Part shown: positions 55,839 through 64,000 of the stretch, piece by piece
How positions within the stretch are numbered: the stretch's first letter is position 1
How the letters are laid out: every line of letters starts with the position of its first letter
Source: SAR324 cluster bacterium REDSEA-S27_B3
GTDB taxonomy: Bacteria; SAR324; NAC60-12
Assembly: GCA_001627865.1 (NCBI GenBank)
Contig: LUQO01000004.1
Location: forward strand, 10,384-74,383
DNA: 64,000 bases
Direction of reading: 5' to 3'
Program-made: the position numbers and the translations under genes
The notes under the pieces: generated by a model
Seen by the model: the letters and a program-made list of their open reading frames with translations, nothing else
Databases searched by the model: none
What the model was told of the DNA's origin: nothing

Positions 55839-57431
55839 TTGAAAAATAATCCAGAAGAATCCAGACGCATCCTGAAACATGCCGGAACGGTAACATTCTT
55901 TACCGTACTGTCCCGTTTCCTGGGAGCAGCGCGTGATTTGGTGATTGCTCATATCTTTGGCGCTGGATGGATTACGGATGCATTTGTGCAGGCATTCACC
56001 ATTCCAAACGTCCTGCGACGCTTGACAGCCGAAGGGTCGATGACACTTGCTTTCCTACCGCTATACACTGAAATACGTGAAAAAAATGATACTCAGGCCG
56101 CAAAGCAATTTGCTGCAAAAACGTTGGGGCTGGTGCTGGGGGTGACAGCTTTTCTGACCGGACTGGGAATAATTTTCAGTCCTCAGCTTGTATACCTTTT
56201 TGCGGCAGGTTTTGCTTCAAATCCGGAAAAATTTGAGCTGACTGTACTGCTGACAAGAATCATGTTCCCCTACTTGATTTTTGTTTCACTGGTTGCCTGG
56301 GCAATGGGAGTGCTAAACGCGGAGGGTAGGTTTGCAGCACCTGCAGCCGCTCCGATTATTTTGAATGTGGGCATCATAGGTGCTGCTTTTGTTATTTCTC
56401 CATTGCTGAAAGAACCGATCGTTGGGATTGGAATCGGTGTGCTTCTTGGAGGATTGGCTCAGATATTAATTCAAATTCCGTCTCTGAGAAAAGTTGGTCA
56501 ATCCTTTGTCCCTAAAAACTTTTTTAATGACCGGAATATACAGAGGCTGCTGAGACTGCTTGGACCATCGCTTGTTGGCGTGGCTGTTTATCAAATCAAT
56601 ATCATCGTGCTGCGCAACCTCGCCAGTTTCATGCCTTCAGGACAAGTCACGCATTATTACAACGCCAGCCGACTTTCTGAATTGACGCTGGGAGTATTTG
56701 CCTTTGCCATCACAACTGCCGGTTTTCCGGAATTAAGCAAGCACACTGCCGAGGAAAACTGGCAGAAAATTCGCGGCACACTGCGCTTTACCATGTCAAC
56801 AACTTTGCTTGTGGTAATCCCTGCCAGTGTGGGACTTGTCTTTGCCTCGCAGCCGATTGTCTCAATGCTCTATTTTCATGGAGAATACGCATGGAACGAT
56901 GTTCAGAATACCGCGCTCACACTTCAGGCATTTGCCTTGAGCATTCCCGCGGTTGCTTTGGTAAGATTGCAGACTTCTGTGTTTTTTTCGCTCAAGGACA
57001 CCAGCACACCGGTTAAAATTTCTTTTGTCAGTATTGTGGTAACAGGGCTTTTAGGCTGGTGGTGGAGTCAAAGCCTGGAAATTTTCGGACTGGCCCTGGG
57101 ACTAGCCGCAGGGACATGGTTTCAGTTTGTGCTGATGCTTTTGTTTTTGCGCAGGCATCCGGAGTTACGTAAAAATTACTGGCCGCAGCATTCATTACTG
57201 CTGTATTTGATTGCTTCCGCAGGAATGGCTGTTTTTACCTGGTTTTTAGGACAGTATGGATTATGGAAGAGCGGGCCTATTCTTGTTTATAACTGGGTAG
57301 TGTTTTCAGGTTTACTGGCAGGTTCAGCTCTGATTTACTTGATCCTGCTTTTGCTTTGCAGGGAAGAACAGACGGTGAGAATTGCTGCCCAGCTGAAGTC
57401 CGGTATGATAAGCAGGAAAGTTAAACAATAG
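55839..57431 (+). CDS. murJ: Lipid II flippase MurJ (MviN)
   Basis: 530 aa with about 14 TM segments. The N-terminal signature is TFFTVLSRFLGAARDLVIAHIFGAG. It has an apparent TTG start. Confidence 0.9.
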   Translation: MKNNPEESRRILKHAGTVTFFTVLSRFLGAARDLVIAHIFGAGWITDAFVQAFTIPNVLRRLTAEGSMTLAFLPLYTEIREKNDTQAAKQFAAKTLGLVLGVTAFLTGLGIIFSPQLVYLFAAGFASNPEKFELTVLLTRIMFPYLIFVSLVAWAMGVLNAEGRFAAPAAAPIILNVGIIGAAFVISPLLKEPIVGIGIGVLLGGLAQILIQIPSLRKVGQSFVPKNFFNDRNIQRLLRLLGPSLVGVAVYQINIIVLRNLASFMPSGQVTHYYNASRLSELTLGVFAFAITTAGFPELSKHTAEENWQKIRGTLRFTMSTTLLVVIPASVGLVFASQPIVSMLYFHGEYAWNDVQNTALTLQAFALSIPAVALVRLQTSVFFSLKDTSTPVKISFVSIVVTGLLGWWWSQSLEIFGLALGLAAGTWFQFVLMLLFLRRHPELRKNYWPQHSLLLYLIASAGMAVFTWFLGQYGLWKSGPILVYNWVVFSGLLAGSALIYLILLLLCREEQTVRIAAQLKSGMISRKVKQ

Positions 57432-57469
57432 TCACTTACGTGGCAATACATGAGGACGGCTGCAGACTG

Positions 57470-58741
57470 TCAGGAATTGACACCCAGCAAATCAAGTGTT
57501 GACATGGCCATCACTTTGGCTGCTGCCACCATGTCATCAATCACAATGTACTCATCGGGTTGGTGAGCGAGATCAAGGATCCCTGGGCCGTAAGCAATAC
57601 AGTCATGCAGATGACCGATACGTGCTATGTGCTTCTGGTCATAGGTCCCCGGAGAAATGACATGTTCCGCCTTTTTGCCAAGGATGTTCTGGATGGCTGA
57701 GCTGACTGATTTCACAACCGGCGTATCTGCGTCAGTCATGGTTGGTAAAAACTCCATAATATCCTTGATGTTGTATTTGAAATTAGGACGTGATTCAGCA
57801 AGCTCATCCAGCAAACCGATCACCTCCGCTTTGACTTCAGCAATGTCCTCTTCTATCAGGAACCTGCGGTCTAGTGTGAGTCGGCATGAATCCGCAACGC
57901 ATGGACTGGGGAAACCGTCAAATGTTTCTTCTTCACCTCCATGAATGGCCTGTAGGTTCAGGGTGGATTTCCTGGCCCCTTCAGGAACAACAGGCATCCG
58001 GGTTTGTTTTTTGTCAAGTTTTGGAAACAATCTTTTCTCCAGCAGTTCCAGAAAAGCGCTCATGTGGCGAATAGCAGAATCTCCGAGGAAAGGCATTGAA
58101 CCATGCGCGATCCGGCCCAATGTTTCGACTTCTGCCCACCACGCCCCACGGTGTCCAAGACAAACACGGTCAACATTCAAAGGTTCCGGAATTATTACAT
58201 GGTCCACCCTTGGTTTGGAAAAGAAACCTTTTTCAGCTAAAAATGCCACTCCGCCATATCCTCCGGTTTCTTCGTCAACAGTTCCGGAAATTTCGATTGC
58301 TCCGGGAAACTCAATGTTTTCCTCAAGAATTGCTTCGATGGCAATTACCGCCGCGGCAATACCTCCTTTCATGTCGCATGTCCCGCGGCCATATATTTTA
58401 CCGTCACGTACATCTCCTTCAAATGGATCAACTGTCCAGCCGCTGCCTGTAACTACAACATCAAGATGTCCGTTAAAATGAACACATGGTCCGGAATGCT
58501 TACCTTCCAGTCTCGCGATCACATTGTGACGCGAAAAACGGTCTGAATCTCCCGGAACATCATGAGCACGCTCATAAAGCAGTGAAAACCCCCTTTTTTT
58601 CAGCTGATTACCAAGCAGCTCGGCGCATTCTAAATAATCCTCTCCAGGGGGATTGATTGTGGGGATGCGGACCAATTCCTGAGTAAAAGAAATCAGTTCT
58701 TCACGTTTTGATTCAATTCTGGAAAGCAGGGATTCTAGCAT
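57470..58741 (-). CDS. ArgE/DapE-family M20 deacylase (acetylornithine deacetylase or succinyl-diaminopimelate desuccinylase type)
   Basis: 423 aa. Supporting motifs are HFNGHLDVV, GRGTCDMKGG and the VDEETGG region. dapF is the gene upstream on the same strand. Confidence 0.85.
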   Translation of the reverse strand: MLESLLSRIESKREELISFTQELVRIPTINPPGEDYLECAELLGNQLKKRGFSLLYERAHDVPGDSDRFSRHNVIARLEGKHSGPCVHFNGHLDVVVTGSGWTVDPFEGDVRDGKIYGRGTCDMKGGIAAAVIAIEAILEENIEFPGAIEISGTVDEETGGYGGVAFLAEKGFFSKPRVDHVIIPEPLNVDRVCLGHRGAWWAEVETLGRIAHGSMPFLGDSAIRHMSAFLELLEKRLFPKLDKKQTRMPVVPEGARKSTLNLQAIHGGEEETFDGFPSPCVADSCRLTLDRRFLIEEDIAEVKAEVIGLLDELAESRPNFKYNIKDIMEFLPTMTDADTPVVKSVSSAIQNILGKKAEHVISPGTYDQKHIARIGHLHDCIAYGPGILDLAHQPDEYIVIDDMVAAAKVMAMSTLDLLGVNS

Positions 58742-58975
58742 GGGTTATTAACGAAGTAAGCGGATGTTGGAAATGCTGCTGACATGAATAGCAATTATAG
58801 TTGTAAGATACCAGAAAAAAATATTCTGATTTGAGGGAAAAGAAAATGATTAAACGGAAGAAGCTCAAGGCATGATAACGTCACAGAAATGATCAGTGGA
58901 AGCATGGAGTCGGTGGCCATTCCAGATAGGGTTCTGAAAGCAGTTAAGCAATATATGACACGGAAATATTTTCAG

Positions 58976-59836
58976 TCACACTGGCATCTCAAAATCAAAA
59001 CACTCTGATTCAATTGACATCTCACCAACACGAGTGACCGCACCGCGCATGGTGATGCTGTAATCTTCACTGACAGTGATATCGAGGTGCCCTCCGGGCA
59101 TATGTACCTCAATTTGGTTATCACATAAACCAAGCTTGTGTACCACTGATGCTGCGGCGCAACTGCTACTTCCGGAAGCAAGCGTGTATCCAGCACCGCG
59201 CTCCCAGATTTTTATCCGGATTGTCCCACGGTTGAGTACTTCAAGAAACTGAACATTGATTCGATTTGGAAAATTTGGATGAGTTTCAATCAAAGGTCCT
59301 AAGCGTCTGACCTCCGTTTCAGTTTGTACTCCGTTTAGCACCACGCAGTGTGGATTCCCAATTGTGGAGGCGCAGAATGATAACTGCTGACCATCAATGT
59401 CAATTGTTTCGTTCAACACTTCCCTGCTTTTTCCAGCAACTGGAATTTTCGCGCTCTGGAAACTTACTGTACCCATCTCCACAGAAACATTTGTTCCGGG
59501 ACTGTCTACAACTGCGGTAACAAGTCCTCCGGATGTCTTTATCTGAAATGGAGATTGATTGACCAGCTTTTTGTCCCAGAGAAAGCGCGCGAATATTCTC
59601 AGGCCGTTGCCGCTTTTCTCTGCAGTACTTCCGTCCGGATTAAATATTTGGAGATTGAAGTGTTTTCCGGATTTGTCTTTATTGCCGACCAAAATGCCAT
59701 CAGATCCGAGTCCAAAATTACGGTGGCAGATTTTACGAACCTGTATGGTTGTTAGAGAAGTTTTCTGCAAGTCCGGATTTTCGGAATTCAGCACAAGGTA
59801 ATCATTTCCAAGCGCGTGATATTTGATAAATTTCAT
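58976..59836 (-). CDS. dapF: Diaminopimelate epimerase
   Basis: 286 aa. The N-terminus is KYHALGNDYLVL. The catalytic Cys motifs are GNPHCVV and SGSSSCAAA. Confidence 0.92.
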   Translation of the reverse strand: MKFIKYHALGNDYLVLNSENPDLQKTSLTTIQVRKICHRNFGLGSDGILVGNKDKSGKHFNLQIFNPDGSTAEKSGNGLRIFARFLWDKKLVNQSPFQIKTSGGLVTAVVDSPGTNVSVEMGTVSFQSAKIPVAGKSREVLNETIDIDGQQLSFCASTIGNPHCVVLNGVQTETEVRRLGPLIETHPNFPNRINVQFLEVLNRGTIRIKIWERGAGYTLASGSSSCAAASVVHKLGLCDNQIEVHMPGGHLDITVSEDYSITMRGAVTRVGEMSIESECFDFEMPV

Positions 59837-59898
59837 TTATTTGAAGGTCATGTGGAAATTTTTTTCATGCCAATATTTACATCTTCGCCAACGAAAAA

Positions 59899-61515
59899 TC
59901 AGAATTGAGAAATTTTACGTGCTGCTTGATCCGGAGTAAGAGGTTTGTCTAATAATTCTCCGTTACTGAGCCTCATCACCACACCATCTTCTGTCATGTA
60001 AACCTGCATTGGAAGACCTTTTTCGTCCAGCATCTCCAAGGCATAAGTTGCTTCTCCATCCAGCATATCCGGAATTACCCTTACGTTCTCCGGAGCATTC
60101 TCGCCCATTTCTTTCCAAAGGGACTTTACTTCGCTGTATTTGTTTTCAAGCTGTTGGAGCTTTTTGTTCAAATCATCTACAGACACAAATTTTTCAAGAC
60201 TACCTTTCCAGAAAAGGAATAACGATTTAGCTTCAGAAAAAACAAACACAGCATTTTTGCCAATTTCCTGAAGGATGCTGTTTGCAATATTGTCCAATAT
60301 TTCCGGTGGCGCGGTGATCATCTTTTTCAGGTACTCATTTGACTCCATCAAAGGAATGTCTGATTGAAATCCCTGCAGCATATCTTCCATACTAATGTCT
60401 GACAAATCGTTGGGTGCGGGGCTTTTTGCGGTTATTGTTTTTTCTTTTGGTACAAATTTCAGGTGCTTTATTATGTCTTTTTCCTGATGCAGACCCTGAT
60501 TTTGTGACAAAAAGAAAATGAGCGCCCCAAGCACAGAGAGCATTGCGAATACAATTATTTTCCGTAAACGTCTGGCAGATGCCGATTTCTGTTTGCGAAT
60601 TTTAGCGGCAGAAGAATTCCGGTGTTTTGTAGCAGGCTTTGTTTGAGTCTTCATTTCTTCCGAAATTATCGGCTCAGGGAAATACGGCTGTAATTCCCGC
60701 ATGAGCTGATCATTTCGTTTCTGAACAAGTTTTACTCTTTCTATTAACTCGAAACCGTGTGTTTTAAGATAGATTTTCCTGAGTTGATCAACAAGAAATT
60801 TTACTCCAGGATGAGTATCATCCTGTGAATTTTCCTGCTCATGTGATTTACCTCCACGAAAGCGCTCACACTGGCGAAGGATTTCCACTTCGAGTGCTTT
60901 GGAGCTCACACGCAGAGCATGCCAGCGTTCCCTGGAAAACATTGGAGGAGACTCAGGCGGTTCAATTTCTGTAGCTGAATTATTTAATTCAGTGGTATTC
61001 TGCTTTGATTTTTTTGATTTCTGTCTGTTTTTCAGCGCCTGTTTTTTTCTAATCTGAAACAGCTCCCACTCTTTCTTGTAGTTTGTCCAAAGTTTTTTGA
61101 ACTCAGCCCAGCTGTTACGCAGCTCTCGGTTATGATCAAAAATTCTATTGAATAAAGGAGCAATTTCGGGAAAAGCACGAGGATCTTTCTTGCGGAGAAG
61201 TGCTGATAATTTTTTCATCTTCTCCATTTGATTCTCAAGGTGCCGAGACTCCCTGTCAATATGATCCCATTCAGCATTAGTCAAAGGGCGTTTCCAGTGT
61301 TCTACAACTGGAAATATCAACAGTTCCATCCTGACTGCATCCACAAAAATTCTGTTTAAATCAATTTTTTTTATATCAGGGACATGTGACTGAATTTGCT
61401 GGCGCAGCACTTGCCAGGCTTGCTTTTTTTTGGCGGTTTTATGTTCCTGGTTAGTCAGGATCATAAAATCCTCAAAATGGTCACCTGAGAATGGAGCAAT
61501 AGTTGATATATTCAT
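59899..61515 (-). CDS. Hypothetical bitopic membrane protein
   Basis: 538 aa. A Lys/Gln-rich helical N-terminal half is followed by a single TM (IIVFAMLSVLGALIFFLS) and a C-terminal domain of about 190 aa. No family is recognised. Confidence 0.5.
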   Translation of the reverse strand: MNISTIAPFSGDHFEDFMILTNQEHKTAKKKQAWQVLRQQIQSHVPDIKKIDLNRIFVDAVRMELLIFPVVEHWKRPLTNAEWDHIDRESRHLENQMEKMKKLSALLRKKDPRAFPEIAPLFNRIFDHNRELRNSWAEFKKLWTNYKKEWELFQIRKKQALKNRQKSKKSKQNTTELNNSATEIEPPESPPMFSRERWHALRVSSKALEVEILRQCERFRGGKSHEQENSQDDTHPGVKFLVDQLRKIYLKTHGFELIERVKLVQKRNDQLMRELQPYFPEPIISEEMKTQTKPATKHRNSSAAKIRKQKSASARRLRKIIVFAMLSVLGALIFFLSQNQGLHQEKDIIKHLKFVPKEKTITAKSPAPNDLSDISMEDMLQGFQSDIPLMESNEYLKKMITAPPEILDNIANSILQEIGKNAVFVFSEAKSLFLFWKGSLEKFVSVDDLNKKLQQLENKYSEVKSLWKEMGENAPENVRVIPDMLDGEATYALEMLDEKGLPMQVYMTEDGVVMRLSNGELLDKPLTPDQAARKISQF

Positions 61516-61629
61516 GATTATGAGTCAGACAAATAATTTTCGAAAAAAATCACTCATTATGCTTTGCAAAACTCGTACTTTAGTGCGTTCCTCAGAGGAA
61601 GACAGGGATAAAAAGCAGGAAAATTATGT

Positions 61630-61658
61630 TTGACTATCGAACTCATTTAATGTAATAT
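61630..61658 (+). promoter_or_regulatory. Candidate sigma70-type promoter upstream of the grx-rhodanese gene
   Basis: TTGACT (61630-61635), a 17-nt spacer, then TAATAT (61653-61658). It lies about 130 nt upstream of ATG 61788. This is sequence resemblance only. Confidence 0.3.
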
Positions 61659-61787
61659 ATGCAAAACAGTACTAACTTAGTGCTGTTTCATGCATGCTGT
61701 GTCAATTTATGCTTTATTGCAAGCATGGCGCAGGCGAAAATGTCAGATTAGCAAATGTAATTACAAAACACTAAAAAAGGTTTGGTC

Positions 61788-62504
61788 ATGAAATTCAAAG
61801 TTGTTTCGTCTAATGTGGACGGTTCAGAATTCTCTGCAACTGACCCACAGGGCAGGATTGAGCAAATGCTTTCCGGCAGTCCGGTATTTCTGTTCATGAA
61901 AGGTACTCCTGAGTCTCCTCAGTGCGGTTTTTCATACAAAGTTACAGATATATTGAAATCATGGAAAGTTCCTTTTCAGTCATTTGATGTCCTCTCTGAC
62001 GAAAGCATCAGGCAGGGGATCAAGGACTATGCGAACTGGCCGACAATTCCTCAGCTTTACATCAACAAAGAATTTGTTGGTGGTTCAGATATTGTGGACG
62101 AAATGTCCAGAAATGGAGAACTTGGTGATTTACTGAAAGATGCATTTCCGGACAAGGAAATAACTCCTCCACCGCCTCCGGCTGAAGTTCAGGAAGTTGC
62201 TGCTTCGGAAGCGGCTGCAATTTTAAAGGGTAATCCTGAAATACGTCTGCTGGATGTGAGAAGTCCACAGGAACGTGAAGCCGCGTGTATTGATAATTCT
62301 GTACTGCTTGATCAGGAACTGGTTGAGGAAATGCTTGGTTCATGGGATCCTGAATCACCAATGATGTTTTACTGTCACATGGGTGAAAGAAGCAGAAGAG
62401 CAGCTCAATATTTTACGGCACAGGGCTTTCAGCAGGTTTACAATATTTCTGATGGTATCAGCGGCTGGTCAAGCAGTGTGGACAGTTCAATTCCTCAATA
62501 CTGA
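61788..62504 (+). CDS. grxD: Monothiol (CGFS) glutaredoxin fused to a rhodanese domain
   Basis: The Grx4-type motifs are VFLFMKGTPESPQCGFSYKV, WPTIPQLYINKEFVGGSD and others. A Pro-rich linker (ITPPPPPAEV) follows. The rhodanese domain has the active-site loop YCHMGERSRRAA. ATG is at 61788; the track starts at TTG 61782. Confidence 0.85.
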   Translation: MKFKVVSSNVDGSEFSATDPQGRIEQMLSGSPVFLFMKGTPESPQCGFSYKVTDILKSWKVPFQSFDVLSDESIRQGIKDYANWPTIPQLYINKEFVGGSDIVDEMSRNGELGDLLKDAFPDKEITPPPPPAEVQEVAASEAAAILKGNPEIRLLDVRSPQEREAACIDNSVLLDQELVEEMLGSWDPESPMMFYCHMGERSRRAAQYFTAQGFQQVYNISDGISGWSSSVDSSIPQY

Positions 62505-62533
62505 TAAAGGAATTTTTTAAAAGCTCATTGTTA

Positions 62534-62920
62534 ATGGAAATGGAAAAGGAGTTGCCCTCAGTTGTTCTTACTGAAAGAGCAGCACAGGTTTTCAAGGAAT
62601 CCTGCGAGGAAGAAGGCCTGACTCTTCAGGATACTTTTTTGCGTATTGGGGCACGTCCAGGAGGATGCTCCGGATGGAAATATGAGCTTGAATCAAACAC
62701 TCCGGATGACATTGGACCAAATGACATCCAAATTCAATCACAGGAAGTTTCCGTAATCGTTGATCGTGAAGCGCTCACAGATATTTTAGGGCCAATCAAA
62801 ATTGATTACTCAGATAAAAATCTGGTTGAACAAGGATTTGTTTTTGAGCAGCTGATAACAGGACATCAGTGCGGTTGCGGAGAATCTTTCACTCCAGTAA
62901 AAGATTTGAAGAACGGTTAA
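62534..62920 (+). CDS. erpA: Iron-sulfur cluster insertion/assembly protein (HesB/IscA/ErpA family)
   Basis: Supporting motifs are RIGARPGGCSGWKYELE and the C-terminal CGCGESF. ATG lies at 62534 or 62540; the track starts at TTG 62528. Confidence 0.9.
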   Translation: MEMEKELPSVVLTERAAQVFKESCEEEGLTLQDTFLRIGARPGGCSGWKYELESNTPDDIGPNDIQIQSQEVSVIVDREALTDILGPIKIDYSDKNLVEQGFVFEQLITGHQCGCGESFTPVKDLKNG

Positions 62921-62923
62921 TTG

Positions 62924-63550
62924 ATGGCCCAGCTTCTTGAATGGCTGGCAGATGCAAGCTGCTTCGGGCTGTTCTTATATAAATGGATCATCATTGCGGC
63001 TGTGATAATGACCTGGGTCAGCGCCGATCCACATAACAGCATTGTACAGTGGATCGCTAGGGTAAGCCGGCCCTTATGGGTTTGGTGTGAAAGCTGGATG
63101 CCGGTTATGATGTCACATTTCAGCGCCTATGCCTCGATCCTGGTTGTTATCTTTGCGCAGATTGTCCTGCCTGCAGAAATACGCTCGTTGAATCTGCTTG
63201 TTCACGGTCTGATTGATGTTCAGGGTTTTTTGCTGCAGAGCGGCGGACACTTGCTGCAGGGCACAAGCATTGTAGTGCAAAGCCTGATGTTTTTTTGTAT
63301 TTTCATTTTGATTGCCTGGTTTGTGCTGACACTGGTGAATCCCTCTTTAAGCAATCCACTGGTACGTATAATTCATGTTCTTGCTGATCCACTCATAACA
63401 CCTCTTCAGCGTTATCTGCCTCGTACACGCATAGACTGGTCTCCTCTGGTAGGAATGCTGTTATTCTACCTGATCAGCTCCAGCATTGTTTCTCCAGTGG
63501 GTTATTACGGAAGCACGCTGTCATTCCCGGTTTCTATCTGCGTTTACTAA
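62924..63550 (+). CDS. YggT-family membrane protein with duplicated YggT module
   Basis: About 208 aa. Two YggT-like units are present: ...MTWVSADPHNSIVQWIARVSRPLW... and ...LVNPSLSNPLVRIIHVLADPLITPLQRYLPRTRIDWSPLVGMLLFYLI. The start lies directly after the erpA-like stop. Confidence 0.7.
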   Translation: MAQLLEWLADASCFGLFLYKWIIIAAVIMTWVSADPHNSIVQWIARVSRPLWVWCESWMPVMMSHFSAYASILVVIFAQIVLPAEIRSLNLLVHGLIDVQGFLLQSGGHLLQGTSIVVQSLMFFCIFILIAWFVLTLVNPSLSNPLVRIIHVLADPLITPLQRYLPRTRIDWSPLVGMLLFYLISSSIVSPVGYYGSTLSFPVSICVY

Positions 63551-63551
63551 A

Positions 63552-63671
63552 TTGGTGCTATTAGCAATACATATTGTGGCAATTGGCATCGTAGTTGGTG
63601 TGACCGCGTACTTTGCTTATAATCTGGGGATAAAAAACGGATTGGATTATAACAGAAAAGAACTTGGGTAA
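63552..63671 (+). CDS. Possible small single-TM protein (39 aa)
   Basis: TTG at 63552, just after the YggT stop, gives LVLLAIHIVAIGIVVGVTAYFAYNLGIKNGLDYNRKELG. The track ORF (63486) overlaps YggT. There is no strong RBS, so this is speculative. Confidence 0.2.
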   Translation: MVLLAIHIVAIGIVVGVTAYFAYNLGIKNGLDYNRKELG

Positions 63672-63735
63672 AATCTAAAGATTGAGGCATCTGCAAGTAC
63701 AGAATAATAATGAAATACAGTTGCAGGCAAATGTG

Positions 63736-64000
63736 CTACAAATTATCCAGACGCGCCTGTATTGCTGCCGCGTGGGAAAACAACTCTTCTTCTTCAGCAA
63801 ATCTAATGATTTGCTCTGCCTGGCTTTGCAAACGATGAGCAGAATAACTGATAACAGAACTTGATTTTACAAAGTCCTGCACTCCAAGTGGCGAGGAAAA
63901 TTTGGCGCATCCTGAAGTAGGCAGGGTGTGATTAGGTCCAGCAAAATAATCTCCTACAGGTTCAGGTGTGTTTGGACCAAGAAAAATTGCACCAGCGTTG
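63736..64000 (-). CDS. hisD: Histidinol dehydrogenase, C-terminal fragment (5' end off window)
   Basis: Manual translation of the minus strand gives NAGAIFLGPNTPEPVGDYFAGPNHTLPTSGCAKFSSPLGVQDFVKSSSVISYSAHRLQSQAEQIIRFAEEEELFSHAAAIQARLDNL*. The HisD signature is GDYxAGPNHxLPT. The stop TAG is at 63736-63738. Confidence 0.85.
   Translation of the reverse strand, partial: NAGAIFLGPNTPEPVGDYFAGPNHTLPTSGCAKFSSPLGVQDFVKSSSVISYSAHRLQSQAEQIIRFAEEEELFSHAAAIQARLDNL

Noticed and set aside
57945-58481. 178-aa plus-strand ORF, plus neighbouring 95-, 62- and 118-aa ORFs
   Set aside because: All are antisense to, or out of frame with, the ArgE/DapE-family gene, whose M20 motifs are clear. They are shadow ORFs.

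Overview
A densely coding 64-kb chromosomal window (about 55 CDS) from a moderately AT-rich diderm bacterium. The diderm call rests on an OMP with a C-terminal Phe, lipobox lipoproteins, yajC-secD-secF and T2SS/T4P-type parts. selB shows that the organism uses selenocysteine.

Most of the content is housekeeping or metabolic:
- Aromatic amino-acid genes are scattered: stand-alone trpB2, tyrA, trpF, fused trpE-trpG, and a type I-beta DAHP synthase.
- A HisJQMP-type polar amino-acid ABC transporter lies next to tdh-kbl, a peptidase-C45/AAT-like gene and an M20 carbamoylase-type hydrolase.
- There is a VC_2705-type two-subunit Na+/solute symporter.
- Also present are eno, murJ, dapF, an ArgE/DapE-type deacylase, a CGFS-glutaredoxin/rhodanese fusion with iscA/erpA, YggT genes, and a partial hisD.

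Unusual content:
1. A self-contained, translationally coupled operon runs 39442->30666 on the minus strand. It encodes a 1613-aa exported TPR solenoid carrying about 18 tandem 108-bp repeats, an anchored beta-rich protein, PilO/GspM-like and PilP/GspC-like proteins, and a GspE/PilB ATPase. No platform protein, pilin or secretin occurs anywhere in the window. A GspL/PilM-N-like gene sits 5 kb away.
2. A four-gene operon (8930-14359) encodes an OMP, two lipoproteins and a tetraheme cytochrome c. The cytochrome's N-terminal metallophosphoesterase-like domain has lost its catalytic motifs.
3. A decayed IS1380-family element (52582-54252) has 14-bp terminal inverted repeats and at least two in-frame stops in the transposase.
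4. Two REP-like intergenic hairpins share a core sequence.
5. Canonical EF-hand loops occur in a lipoprotein and inside the symporter.

I saw no rRNA, tRNA, CRISPR array or convincing riboswitch. All family assignments come from motif recognition by eye, not from database searches.
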